Source: Octopus vulgaris
Taxonomy: Eukaryota
Direction: 5' to 3'
DNA: 64,000 nucleotides
Assembly: GCA_951406725.2 (NCBI GenBank)
Contig: OX597816.1
Location: 130,758,001-130,822,000 of the forward strand
This document shows positions 27,703 through 40,837 of the stretch, in pieces. Under the pieces are notes generated by a model that worked only from the letters and a program-made list of their open reading frames with translations, did not search any database and had not been told where the DNA came from. A program made the translations under genes and the position numbers. Within the stretch, counting starts at the first letter, position 1. Each line of letters starts with the position of its first letter.

Positions 27703-27816
27703 TCGAAGAGAGGATATATGCTTGCAGCCATTGAAGTTTACGAGCCGTCTATAAAGTTAAGCGCTTTTTGGATGCGAAACCATTGGTCAATCTACGACCT
27801 GACATATATGTAACTT

Positions 27817-27873
<57 letters not shown>

Positions 27874-28517
27874 CTAATTACTTTAGTATGTTACAAAATA
27901 TCATTTGTACCTATAACCAATAGGCTAAATAATGTTATTACATAATATCTTATGCCTCCATAAGCATTTATATGTATTTGTGGCTATCGTCTTTAGATTA
28001 CGTTAAATTTGTACCTACTGTCATTTATATATATAGTAATTTGTACTTATAGTAATTTATATATACATTTCTTTGTATGTAAGGCCTTTATGTCACATGA
28101 TGTCATAAAAAAGGTATATTTTAGCACTTTTAGTTGGGATGTACACCTGTGTTTATTCATACTTACTGTCTTCAGAAAATTATCAAAATTTCAGAAGCGG
28201 AGAAGAATTCGTTTATTCACGCAGTAAAAGTCGACAACTACATTCTAATGTCACAAATATTAATTTATTCCAAAGAAAGTAGAGTACGGAATCATTTTGT
28301 GATACAATTACCGCCTCTGTAGAACTGGTAAAAGATGCTTTGATTATGACAAAAACATTCATTAGAGCAGGATGACTGCATTGAAACCTTATATAGCAAT
28401 GAGAGAAAAGTTAAGAGAGAATAGGCGGGGGCGTAGATGTCCAAACAAAATTGTAGGCATGAGCACCATCAAACACACATACGCACACATACACATATAA
28501 ACATAAATGTACACACG

Positions 28518-28557
<40 letters not shown>

Positions 28558-28569
28558 CACAAACATACA

Positions 28570-28609
<40 letters not shown>

Positions 28610-28775
28610 GATCAATCGATTGATGGGTTGATGTATCTATCTACCCATCCAGTTATTTCCCCCCTCTATATATATATCTACTTACATACATACATGCATA
28701 CAAACACGCATGCATACATACATACATACATACATACATACATACATACATACATACATACATACATACATACAT

Positions 28776-29250
28776 AGGACACTAATGAAATCCGTCGGAA
28801 GGATAATCCCGAGGACAAAGAAATAAGAACCCATAATATGGTAGAAGCCATAGCCATTCATAATGAAAAGGAATACTGGTGGAGTGTACCAATGAAGACC
28901 TCAATAAAATGTAAGCACAACAGACCTGATATAATGATTTGGGATAAGGAAGAGAAACTGTGCACAGTTGTGGAAATAAACTGCCCAGCTAGTGTTAACA
29001 TAAAGCTGAAGATCAGTGAAAAAGCGAACACCTATGCTGAACTATTGAGAAATCTGCATATACTCTATCCATATTACAAGTTCAGATTTATACCTGTAAT
29101 TATTGTGGCGTTGGGATATGTAACACGCTGCCTAAATACCAAACTTGAGAAATTAGGCTTCTCAAAACCAGAATGGAGAAAGCTAATTCGAAGACTACAG
29201 CTCCAATCCATCACTGGAACTGTAAAATTCTGTAAAACTTTTCATTGGAA
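28776..29250 (+). mobile_element. R4/Dong-type (RLE) non-LTR retrotransposon 3' fragment
   Basis: KHNRPDIMIWDKEEKLCTVVEINCP...EK..TY.EL...IPVIIVALG is a PD-(D/E)xK restriction-like endonuclease. It is inserted beside (TACA)n. Confidence 0.88.
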
Positions 29251-29906
29251 TTTCAACATCAACAACAGGGCATTTTGTATGTATGTAGGTATACGTGCAG
29301 GTTGTTATGCCTTGTTTTATTTATGTCTTTTCACGCATATACTTGCATATCTAGACATGCTCATATACTTAAATGACAAACTTTTGGAAAGTTTTACAGA
29401 TTTTTACAGTTCCAATAATGGACTGGATCTGTAGTATGTATCTACGTATGTATGCATGCATGCATGCATGCATGTGTGTGTGTGTGTGTCTATGTGTCTA
29501 TGTATGCATGTATTTTTGTATGTATGCATAGGTCACATACAAACACATTTACAACCAGATGCATAAAACGTACGAGTATAATAAATCCGGAACGTTTTGA
29601 AGTTTGCTATTATCCTTTCATTAAGCGTGGAACTTTTAATTACTGCAGTTATGTTGTTGCCATTGTCTTTAGATGTTAAAATAATTATGTCTTCAGACTT
29701 TTAGAAGGTTGATGTTGTATAAATACAATTTCATCGATCGAACATAGACAAAAGAAGATAATGTTGTTAGCAAAAAATCTATGCAGGATGAAAGAGATGC
29801 GCAGATACAAAATCTCTTTGGAATTTAAGCAAGTGTGGAAAAAATTAAGAAATTCAATACACAAACACACACACATGTAGACATACATACATATACTACC
29901 ATACGT

Positions 29907-29939
<33 letters not shown>

Positions 29940-30325
29940 CAATACATTTAAATGTCTTATATGTCTATATATATATACATATGTGTGTACGCACACACAC
30001 ACACAAACACACACAAACACACACACACACACACATATAAATGTCTATATAACTATACACACGCATATCCATATTTATATATGTGCCTGTATATGTATAT
30101 GTGTGTGTGTGTAACTGGGTGGGGTTAAGTGAGAGGTGCTTGAATGAAAGATTTGTTTCAGTAACCTAAAGGCCTAGTTACTGAATATAAACAAATAATA
30201 TTAATTCAGAGAGTTTATGAATAAAAGAGAAATCGACCTTAAGATAACTAGGATTAACTCAATAGTTCATCCTATGTATGTGCATATATACATACATACA
30301 TACATACATACATACATACATACAA

Positions 30326-30411
<86 letters not shown>

Positions 30412-30446
30412 ATCTATCTATCTATCTATCTATCTGTATATCTGTA

Positions 30447-30499
<53 letters not shown>

Positions 30500-30533
30500 G
30501 TCTGTCTGTCTGTCTATCTTTCTGTGTGTCTGC

Positions 30534-30615
<82 letters not shown>

Positions 30616-30829
30616 CCCTATTTGTATAATGTGAATGGTTATGCAAATATTTGTATAATGATCGAGAGAGAGTAGGAGTCGTTGAATCGAAAACGTTACG
30701 TCATACTAACGCAACACTTCAAATACGCAACGCCTACCATCCGTCGGTTGCGCAGAGAATTATTTAACTGTGTGAGTGTGTGGGGGGTGTATAGATAGGT
30801 AGACTCACACACGCATACACACACACACA

Positions 30830-30982
30830 CGGGCTTCTTTAAGTTTCCAACTACCAAATCCACTCACATGTCTTTGGTCGGTTCGAGGCTATGGTAGAGC
30901 CTAAGGTGCACTCAGTGGGATTGAACCCGGAACCATGTGGTTGAGAAGCAAGCTTCTTACCATACAGCCACGCCTGCGCCTA
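30830..30982 (-). mobile_element. SINE family B head
   Basis: Reverse complement of the family B head. Confidence 0.85.
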
Positions 30983-31028
30983 TTTATACATATACATACA
31001 CACACACACATATATATATAAGACTTGT

Positions 31029-31660
31029 TACTGTTGTTTATAGCCCCAGGAGGACATCTCCTCCAGCTGGCTAACGACACACTGTCTGTGTCCGATTAGT
31101 ATTTGCTAAGGGGGATCGTCGTTCCCATCTCTAGCCTTACGTGATGCACACGGACCCGGGTTTCTAGGTAGTAACCCGTCATCAGTGTGCGATAATCACT
31201 AGCTAGCGATGAAAAACTCCGCAAAATACTGTATGCTTTTTTCTAGTGACAAACTGTTTTTGATCTCGAAAAAAGAGAAACAAGCAATATTAAATCTCTG
31301 AGGGAGATGTAAACAGTGGCAGCTCGGAATCGTGAAATATATTTACCATTTATATGTGGCGGGCTCATAGGGGACGATGCTACTGTTGTTTATAGCCCCA
31401 GGAGGACATCTCTTCCGGCTGGTTAACGACACACTGTCTGTGTCCGATTAGAACGTAAGGCTAGAGAAGGGAAAGATGATTTCCCTTCGCAAATACTAAT
31501 CGGACACGGACAGTGTGTCGTTAGCCAGCTGGAGGAGATGTCCTCCTGGGGCTATAAACAACAGTAGCATCGTCCCCTATGGGTCCGCCACATTTAGGTG
31601 GTAAATATAGTTTACGATTCCGTGCTGCTACTGTTTACATCCATCTCGCCCAGAGATTTA
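31029..31660. mobile_element. Hammerhead-containing partial-tandem plus inverted repeat (retrozyme-like or Penelope pLTR-like)
   Basis: Direct repeat 31029-31099 vs 31381-31451 (period 352 bp). Inverted arms 31291-31451 vs 31497-31660. Segment 31453-31496 is the inverse of 31100-31143. Confidence 0.8.
31146..31191 (-). ncRNA. Minimal type I hammerhead ribozyme motif
   Basis: CGCACA-CTGATGA-CGGGT-TACT-ACCTA-GAAA-C-CCGG-GTC^CGTGTG. The catalytic core is complete and stem III is the palindrome ACCCGGGT. The core-adjacent pairs of stems I and II are mismatched. Confidence 0.75.
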
Positions 31661-31712
31661 TTATTGCATATATATATATATATAAACATATATATATATA
31701 TACACACAAATA

Positions 31713-31743
<31 letters not shown>

Positions 31744-32059
31744 CTGTGTGTGTCTTGTATTTGTCATCCCATCGCTTGATAGCTGGTATTGCTTTGTTTG
31801 CATCCTCTTACCTTCGTGGTTCAATAAATCGGACAGTTAGAATAAGTACCAGACTGAAAAATAAGTCCTGGCGCCGATTTGTTCGACAAACCTTATAAAG
31901 CGATGCTCCTGCAGTTGCAGTCCAATGACTGAAACAGGTAAAAGTGTAAAGAAAATTTTTGGCAACGGGTATGTTTCTTTACGTCCACTGGTGCCATTTT
32001 TAGGTCGTAGGCCATGGAAACCACGTAAGGAACGCCTAGTGTTGTATTTTAAAAATTAT

Positions 32060-33499
32060 TTGTGTTATACCTTATCGCGACGCCGAAAACTACGAAGAAG
32101 AAGAAACAAGTAGTACAACGTTAAAGTTAGTGATAAACTAGATATCATTAAGAAAATGGAACGAGACATAAGTAGAAGTGTGTTAATGAGAGATTATATA
32201 ACATCAAATCGTTGACTTTATACGGCATTAAGAACTCGAAACAAATATTTTAAAGAGAAAATAGATTTGGAGACCTCATTTGTTTTCACGGTTGGATTGA
32301 CGGCCAGATTTAAGATGTCATGCAATAAGAAAATTGGATATTGCTGGTGAAAAACAATCAGCAAACTCATCAACGGCTACAGCGTACAGTGCGATATTTG
32401 ATGAACTTGTCAAGGAATATTATCTTAGACCTGATCAAATATACAACACCGACGAAATTGCTCTTTACTGGAAAGGCTTAACATAGAAAACATGTGTACG
32501 TTCCAATAAAGCAAAAGTGTTAGTAATTTCAAGCACAATAAAAAATGATTGACACTTCTTACATGCGGAGATATATTTGACCAACCCAAGAATAAACAAA
32601 ATATATTTGTCCAACACAAGATTAGTAAGTTCTAGCTGACATTTGAAGTCTCTTATAAAATGCAAAGCAATGTATTGGAGGATAAGAACTTCTTTACTTC
32701 CACTGATGAATGCGTTCCTACAGTTCGTGATAGCAGTAAGGGGGTCTTTTCCTTTTGATCGGCAGGTCGATAAATTGGTTGAAATTACCGAAATACGGCA
32801 ACTTTAACACGAAATAACTTCGTAAATAGAAACTTTTCTCAACAGCGCTAAGAGTAAAAGATGTTCTATATGTCACATTCTACCAGTATCCAAAGTCTGA
32901 AAGTGTTTAGTTAAAAAAAAATAATTTATTGACCTACCGATCAAAAGGAAAAGATCCCGGTAAGATTTTATGCACTAAATATCAAATGTGCTTCATGTCT
33001 TGGTAATTAAGAACCTTTTTTGATTAAGTAATTTTTAGTCGCGAAAATATTTTTTCGTGTTTTTATCACTAAAATCACTTTTGTTATATAACTGATAGAC
33101 CAAGAAATTATCCAGTATTTCAGAAGCAGCTATAAAAATTCTATAAAACAAACAATGGTGAAATGTGTCCCGCTGTACTTAACGCCAATTTACGGATGAG
33201 GCTCTTTGTATCTACCAATGTATAGATTTTTGTTACACCCGTAGCAGTTTTGAGATCATGTCGAAAATGTTTGTTGTCTTATTTGATGATTTAATTTCTG
33301 ATAATTAAGAGGATTTTGATGATATTAATATTAAGACAGAGCACAAAAGATAATACAATAATACAAAGAGCATCCTTAGAAAATCCCTGTGTCCATAGTC
33401 TCGGAGATAAAGAGATCGCTGATTGGATTTCAGTTTTACACATTTAATTATCCCTAACTTTATCATATCAGGAAATTATCTATAACAGGGTTAATACTG
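32060..33499 (+). mobile_element. Decayed Tigger/pogo-type DNA transposon
   Basis: Broken frames give KVSDKLDIIKKMER (CENP-B-like HTH), HAIRKLDIAGEKQSA and PDQIYNTDEIALYWKGL. It ends in ...TACTG|TA. Confidence 0.75.
32740..32960. mobile_element. PIF/Harbinger-like MITE
   Basis: ~35-bp TIRs (GGGGTCTTTTCCTTTTGATCGGCAGGTCGATAAATT and its near reverse complement), with TAA on both flanks. Confidence 0.8.
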
Positions 33500-34567
33500 T
33501 AAATTGATATATAGTATGATATCATACAAACGAATCAATTGAAAAGGTTGTCATGGACTAAACCTCAAACATCCTTGGTTACGATTGTCTCTTACTTTGT
33601 ACGTAATCCAGGATTCTCTTTGAAGCAAATTAGGTAAACACATACGCTTCAAAATCAAATGATCGAAATGAAAGAAACAAAATGTCCAAGAAACAAAGCG
33701 ACTTCGAGAAATTTCTGAAGAAAATCATTCAAGAAACTACATCATTTTCCTCGCTAAATTGGTTACTCTGCATTTATATGAAATTTAGTGGTTGTCACTC
33801 TGCATCTCTATTTCTTTTTGAGTGTACTTCCTTTATTTACGTAATAAATGCATTGATAAAAGTTTCTAGCCAAATAATACTTCCTGTGGAGCATGCTGGA
33901 GATGTCTGTCAGTAATATAAAAAGAGCAACTTTTAAACATTGAGGTATGAGTTCTATAGCATGTGTAGAAAATAAATAATTAAAAATACAAAAGAGTATA
34001 TGAATTCTTACAAAATTTAGCTCACAAATGCATACGGAAAAGAATAAAAAGAAAAGAGAAGAAAGAGAAGTAGCTAAATGATATATAGCTAAGAATTAAT
34101 AGGTATAAATAGGAATAAAATGAGCACTAAAAGAAAAACATAAAAAGGAGAAAATGTAAATGAGTTCAGTATGTGTACACATAATCATGTGCACACATAA
34201 ATATTTGTATATACACGCACATACAAACGCATTTATTAATAAATACAGTGAGCATCGTGGATCAAGGATAGGGAGAATTACTATATCTAAAGGTAAGTGG
34301 TATTATGTGAACAGCGAGTGACAGTTGAGTGTCGAGAAGTTCATTTCAGTGGTGTTAATAAATGTCGATTCTTAATTTTTTTTTAACAGATGCGTATCGA
34401 AGTGAAGATATTTAGTATAAATCTCAGTGCTTAAGTGGAAGACCACGATGGTGTATTTTTTCAAGTATGAGGCTATTCTTAACAGTACATAGATCTCATT
34501 CTGTCTTTATTAATCGTTACAAATTTAGGATATAGACAGCCGAAGCTCGTACAAATGGTATGCACGC

Positions 34568-34639
34568 CTCCCCGGCGGGGAATCAAACCATGGTCTCCTG
34601 CATGACTGGCGGGGATAAGTACCACTATACCACCGAGGT
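34568..34639 (-). pseudogene. tRNA-Asp(GTC) pseudogene
   Basis: ACCTCGGTGGTATAGTGGTACTTATCCCCGCCAGTCATGCAGGAGACCATGGTTTGATTCCCCGCCGGGGAG aligns with the canonical animal tRNA-Asp. It has T-arm and anticodon-arm mismatches, TTC>TTT and U33>A. Confidence 0.8.
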
Positions 34640-34869
34640 TGACACTTCCTGTACGGTATTTATTAATAAATTGCAGTCTTCTATCACGGTAGGATTCGAA
34701 CTCAAATTAATATATTATGGAATGTCTATTGATACTTAATAGTGTAGTATATAACTATCGTCCAACTTCTATTTATCGTATTCGATTTTCCTAACTTTAT
34801 TTGTTTCGTTGTCCTACGTATTATTTAGTAATAAGAGATCTTAAGAAAATAGAGTTTCATTTCACAGCA

Positions 34870-35276
34870 GTTTTTTATCTTTTATCTTTTGCTGACTTCA
34901 ATCATTGGACTGTGATCACGCCTTGAAGTGTTTCGTCGAACAAATCGATCCCAGTACTTGTTTTTCAGCCTGATCATCAGTCTCATTTTACCGAACAGCT
35001 GAATTGCGGGGACGTAAATAAACCAACATCAGTTGCCAAGCCGTGGGAGGCTGACTAACACAAACATAAATACACAGAGGTACGCATACATATACAGACA
35101 CCTACTCATACACACATATATATTATATACAATGGGCTTCTTTCAGTTTCCGTCTGTTAAATCCATTAAGGGGGCTATAGTAGAAGACACTTGTCAAAGG
35201 TACCACGCAGTGGGACAGAACCTAGAATCTTGTGGTTGGGAAGCAAACTTCTTACCACATAGCCACGCCTGCGGCT
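34870..35276 (-). mobile_element. SINE family B, degenerate
   Basis: Head at 35133-35276 and tail at 34870-35040. Confidence 0.75.
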
Positions 35277-35571
35277 ATATGTTGCTCTTGTCATTGACGT
35301 TGTTGGTAATAGCCTCTGTAATCTCTTTCTTTAGTGAGGTGACTGATAAAACAAAACATAAGAAACTTTGTTTTCTTGTGGTTTGTGTTTAACTTGTCAC
35401 CTTCATGGAAGCTGTCCTTCTTCAAGCTATATGCTTGAAGAAAGTATTGAAAGGTAAAGTCGATCCCAGCGATATTTGAAACTAGAGCGTGAAGTCTGAA
35501 AAAACGCCAATAAGCATTTGATCCGGTGCGGTAACGACTCTGTCAGCTCGCCGCCTTGTTTTTGCAGTATA

Positions 35572-36908
35572 CGAGGGTGAGTAAAAAACGTAATGCCATT
35601 TTTAGGACAGGTATAATTACCAACACAGGAACATGTATCATACATCAAAATGAAGTTGGTCCTCTGTGGATCACATCTCTACTTCTCAACATAGTCACCG
35701 TTTTTTTTCAATAGCAATGTTCCACCTTCGAATGAGCGCATATATTCCTGCCCCGTAAAATTCTGTTGACTTGTTCTTTGAGCCACTTTTTCACTACGGT
35801 TTTCACTTCCTCGTCACTGGAATAATGTTTGCCTCTCAAACCCTCTTTCATGAGGCCGAAGAGATGATAGTCTGAAGGCGCTAAATCTGGTGAGTATGGA
35901 GGATGCAGTAAAGTTGTCCACCTGAATGAGGCGATTGTTTCCCTTGTCCTGATGCTTGTGTGTGTTCAAGCATTGTCAATCAGAAGGAGGACATTGTCGA
36001 TTGGCAAGTTGGGTCTTACTCGTCGGATTCTTGCTTTGAGCCTCGCCAGGGTCCTAATGTAGGCCTCAGAGTTTATTGTTTTTTCCTTTTGGCAAGAAAT
36101 TGACCAGAATGACACTTTTGAGCATCCCAAAGCACAATCGCCTTGATTTTTCCAGCTGACTTTTGCATCTAGAACTTTTTCGGTGGTGGTGACGTAGAGT
36201 GACGCCATTCCATTGACTGCCTCTTTGATTCCGGTTCATAATGATGAACCCATGTTTCATCACCTGTTACGAGCCTTCGAAAGAAGATGTTGTCTCTTTG
36301 ACTTTGTTCGAGAAGTTCAGTTCAGGCATTGACCCCCTCAGTTTTGCATTCAGTTGTCAGCTCTCTCTTGGTACCCAACGAACACACACTTTTCAAAAGC
36401 CAAGTGATTCGACAGTGTTGTAAGCACTTCCATGGCTCACTTCAAGGTTTTCTGTCAACTCATCAAGAGTTATGTGCCTGTCATCTCTGATCAGAACATC
36501 TGCTATTGGCAGGATTTACAGAAGCGGACGGACGGCCAGAACGGGGTTTATCAGCTACACTCACAATTCCCACCTTTTCATCTTTCAGACGACGGACCCA
36601 CCTGCATACATTGCTATAATCTAAAGTATTCTCCTCAAAGACATTTTGTAATCGTCGGTGAATGTTCACAAAGAGCTCCCCCTTAGCAACAAGAAATTCA
36701 ATCACTGCTCTTTGTTCTTGACGTAACTCTAAGGGGGGAAGCCATTTTGAATTTTTCTTATCAGTCTAAAAACCTGAAAAGTAAGAAACAAAATATTTCA
36801 GAAGATAAATGATAGAATCATTTATAACTGGGAAAATTTTCAGTTATTTTGGTCAAAAACTTCACATGAAATAAAAAAGATATGGCATTACTTTTTGAGT
36901 CACTCTCG
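35572..36908 (-). mobile_element. Near full-length decayed mariner (~1.34 kb)
   Basis: TIRs CGAGGGTGAGTAAAAAACGTAATGCCAT and ATGGCATTACTTTTTGAGTCACTCTCG, with TA TSD. Frameshifted motifs include IEFLVAKG, DKPRSGRP, WVPRE, DETWVHHYEPESK and PPYSPDLAPSDYHLFG. Confidence 0.93.
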
Positions 36909-38333
36909 TATTATAAAAACATTGGAAGGAAAAACCTCATTAGCGCAAAACCACAAGCCAACTAACCAGAGAACATTGTTTAAATTACCAATTTATGTAG
37001 ATTCCAATGTAGATATAAAAATTATGAACTTCATAGATCAAGCTGCTACATTGGCCATACAAATATAACATCGTCTTGTTTTCTGACTATGCATTTCCAA
37101 GAATCTATTACAATACAGCATAAATCGATACTAAGCTAATATTTCGTTACAATACAATTCTACACAACTGTCCACAAAAGATGAAACAACTATCTATAAA
37201 GGCTTCGCTAAGAGAAAAAACATATAAACCAAAAGTCAACACAATGATACAAAGTACACGAAATTATCCATGAAAACAACTAAGTTTAACCATTAGATCA
37301 TTTTTAAAACGGGCGCTGAAAAAACATAGTCCCACGATCCTTTGCGACCAAATTTAAGGTGTACAAAATCAGGCCATTCTCAACCAAGGATGAAATTGAG
37401 ATAGTTTCCAAACGTTAAGTGACTAATGGATGCAGAAATGCCAATGTGCCAAACTGAACATAAAGAACTGTAAGGAAATACGAACAATCAATCTTAAATA
37501 TAAAAAAAGCAAAACTCGAACATAGCCATCTTTTTAGTATAACATATTAGAAAGAGAAACTTTTCAATCTACACAAGTGTGTGGGTGTGCGCGTGTATAA
37601 ATATCAATTTCAAATTTTGGAACAAGGCCAGCAATTTCCAAGGAATATATCAACCTCATTAGTCAACTAGAACATATATCGACTCCGGTGGAATGTGAAT
37701 TCTGAACATAATGACGGATGAGATGCCGCTAAGCATTTTCCCCACCAAAATCGGTTCTGTCAGCAAGCTGCCTTTGTGTGAATACAAATATACAAATAAT
37801 TATATGTAAATATACTTACACATACGCACACACACACACGCGCGCACATTTTTATCCATCTCTTTCTTATCCCAGATTCCCTAACTCCCTCTTTTTATAT
37901 TAACATCTCTTATTTTATACACTCTTCTTTCATTTTGCTCTAATTTCGACGATTTCTTCTTTGAAACTGTCCTTGTTTGATTTATATGTATATACATATG
38001 TGTGCGCGTGTGTGTGTGTGTGTGTGTACACATACGTATATATACACGAATATACACACGCATACGCACATATATATATTCGTATATATACGTATGTATA
38101 CACAAATATACATAAATACAAACATATATACTTGCATTCAGATATATGTATGTATGTTTGTGAAAAAACTATATGGTTAATGGACAATATGTCCAATTTT
38201 TCGGCATATTTGGCATTAGAAATTTATGAATTATATAAATTTAACCGTTAAAGGTATTTTTTAATATGCTGGCCATTGATAAAATTGTTTTCGAGAAAAT
38301 ATTTTTTTTCGAAAAGAATTTTATCCTCACATT

Positions 38334-38398
<65 letters not shown>

Positions 38399-39227
38399 CA
38401 AAATAAGCAACAGGATATCAAGTAGTAATGCAGTACGACCGTTTCAAGCGACTCCATTTAATTGAACAATGCAATCATTACATCAATTTAAATGTTATTG
38501 TTCATTTATTTAAATATAGCTTAATTTTGAATTTCGCCATTCAGCTACAAAACAACTCACTATCTTATGAGTCAGCTTGCTTTGAAGCAAGCCGATATCT
38601 TAGCTTTCAACACATGACAGGTAAAAGGTACCACTAAAACGGGAACACACAACATATGTAGATATTTTGATTGTGTGAAGATCTTATGACTTATCGCGGA
38701 TGACTCTAAAGGACTCTAAAGTTTTTAATAACTCCAGAATGAAAAGAGGAAAGCAAGCAAAACTCATTCAAACATACAAACACTAGTCATTAATCTTGTT
38801 AAAGTAAAAATAACTGGATTACACGCATGTAAACAGGCAAACATTATCCTCACGCTAATATATATATATATATACGCGCAGACGTACTCCGCTGTAAGAT
38901 GAAGATGAATGTACCCTGGATTAATGTTATAGAATTAAAATGATTAGTATAATTAATATAATTGCACCTCAGTTAAGATGGCTAATATCTTTTATCCACA
39001 TTTTAACCATATTCTGTCAGAGTGAAACTGTTTTTTATTCCTAAAATTTTAAGATTTAATCCTGAGTTAAGCGGTTATTGTGAATATGGCACACGTTACA
39101 GTCTGACAATCTAGTAAAACATTATACTCCATAAAAATCTGTGGTCTTAGACCAACTTATGGAATCTATATTGCTGCTGCTGTTGTTGTCGTTACAGTTA
39201 TTGTTGCTCTTATTGTTATTGTTGTTG

Positions 39228-39570
39228 TTGTTAAAAAATGGTCCGTTCCATGCTGTTTTTACTTTTTCGTTTCTCGTTGAGTTCTACGTCTATTTGTGGT
39301 ATCCTGTACACACGTATATATATTTATATATGCATGTATATATACATGGTACGTACATATATGTTTGTATGTACGTACATATATGTTTGTATGTATGCAT
39401 ATATTTTATTTATTACACTATTGTATGACTGAGCGTCCTCGCATCGATTCGATTCGATTCGCTTTCGTTTCGTTTCTTCTTCTTCTCTAAGCTGGTTTTT
39501 ATATATAATTATGACGCGAAACTCTATAACTCCTTCTTCTCTCTTTCTTTCACCCCCTTTGGCTTCCTTC

Positions 39571-39602
<32 letters not shown>

Positions 39603-40255
39603 TCCTCATCTCTCTCACAGCCGGGTCGATGAACTTCCTTTCGCTGGCGGCCTTCTTCAAGTAAACATGTTTCTTCCTGCGCTCGTGAACATTTTTTCCT
39701 CGTCTAGGCTTATAGGCCCTCATTATTTGTTTTCCTATCCTGTTTCTATTCCTTCTTGTACTGTATTTTTTGTAATTGTATTTTTATTTTGTATTTGTTT
39801 TTAATTGTATTGTTTTTACGTCCTGTTTTTGTCACATTTTTTCCTTATTTTTACCCCTCTGCAAAGGAATTTTATTTAATTCTTTCGCAGGAAGGATTAG
39901 AACGACGAGACGTGTTCTGTCCTCACTTTCGAAACACGCTGGAGTTGAACTAGAGACAGCTGATGAAGGGGATTTTTCCTTGTGTAGTTGTTTTGTACTC
40001 TGTTTTTTCGTTGTTAAAAAAATGGTCTGTTCCATGCTGTTTTTACTTTTTCGTTTCTCGTTGAGTTCTACGTCTATTTGTGGTGTCCTGTACACACGTA
40101 TATATATTTATATATGCATGTATATATACATGTAGATGTATGTACGTACATATATGTTTGTATGTATGCATGTATTTTATTTATTACACTATTGTATGAC
40201 TGAGCGCCCTCGCATCGATTCGATTCATTTCGTTTCGTTTCTTCTTCTCTCAGCT

Positions 40256-40260
<5 letters not shown>
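39228..40260. repeat. Partial tandem element: ~260-bp direct repeats at 39228-39500 and 40010-40260 (period ~784 bp)
   Basis: AAAAAATGGTC(C/T)GTTCCATGCTGTTTTTACTTTTTCG...AGCTGGTTT occurs twice. Confidence 0.85.
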
Positions 40261-40330
<70 letters not shown>

Positions 40331-40528
40331 ATATGTATATATATAGATTTATATATGTATATATGTATATATATACCGGTCGGTAATACATACTGATAGA
40401 ATATGTACTAGTTTTACAAAAGAATAAATCCTGGGATCGATTTGTTCGAGCAAAGGCGGTGCTCCAGCATGGCCGCAGTCACATGACTGAAACAAGAAAA
40501 ACAATAAAAAAAACTAGGCCATTTTAAT

Positions 40529-40556
40529 CCCGACCAACGCCGGGTATCTCTGCTAG
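40529..40556 (+). mobile_element. Solo Helitron-like 3' terminus
   Basis: CCCGACCAACGCCGGG hairpin followed by CTAG|T, similar to the end of 23789-24087. Confidence 0.55.
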
Positions 40557-40688
40557 TAATTGTATAATTGTAATGTCAACTTTCAATTTCATGGATGCCT
40601 ATCGCCTAAAAATGTACACTGCGGTATATGTTACACTGTGTTTCAGCCAGACGTTGGCCTCGAACACATATAACTTCGTAATACATAC

Positions 40689-40837
40689 CACGCGTTCGCT
40701 AATTGTAGTATGAAGTCGCGAACAGATTTAGACACCCTCTCCACTCTTCCATCTTTGGACTCAGCGGCACAATCAAAGAATATCACTGCTGTAAGGAGAA
40801 TGAGTATCGCCAGTATTCGGCTGGTTCTAATTTTCAT
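40689..40837 (-). CDS. Wnt7: Probable Wnt7 first coding exon (signal peptide)
   Basis: ATG at 40837 gives MKIRTSRILAILILLTAVIFFDCAAESKDGRVERVSKSVRDFILQLANA+TG: basic n-region, hydrophobic h-region, small-residue cleavage region. The donor GTATGT at 40688-40683 is phase 2. It joins the phase-2 acceptor of the 6612 exon to give TG|G = Trp (..LANAW-ALSSVV..). The sequence is non-repetitive and on the same strand. Confidence 0.78.

Noticed and set aside
34568-34639. Functional tRNA-Asp
   Set aside because: The T-stem is broken, the TTC motif and U33 are lost, and the anticodon stem is mismatched.
38430-38580. Minus-strand GAAAC-G-GTC with a distant 12-bp inverted repeat (similar partial motifs at ~54115-54140 and ~17080-17112)
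   Set aside because: No recognisable CTGANGA box. Too decayed to call as hammerheads.
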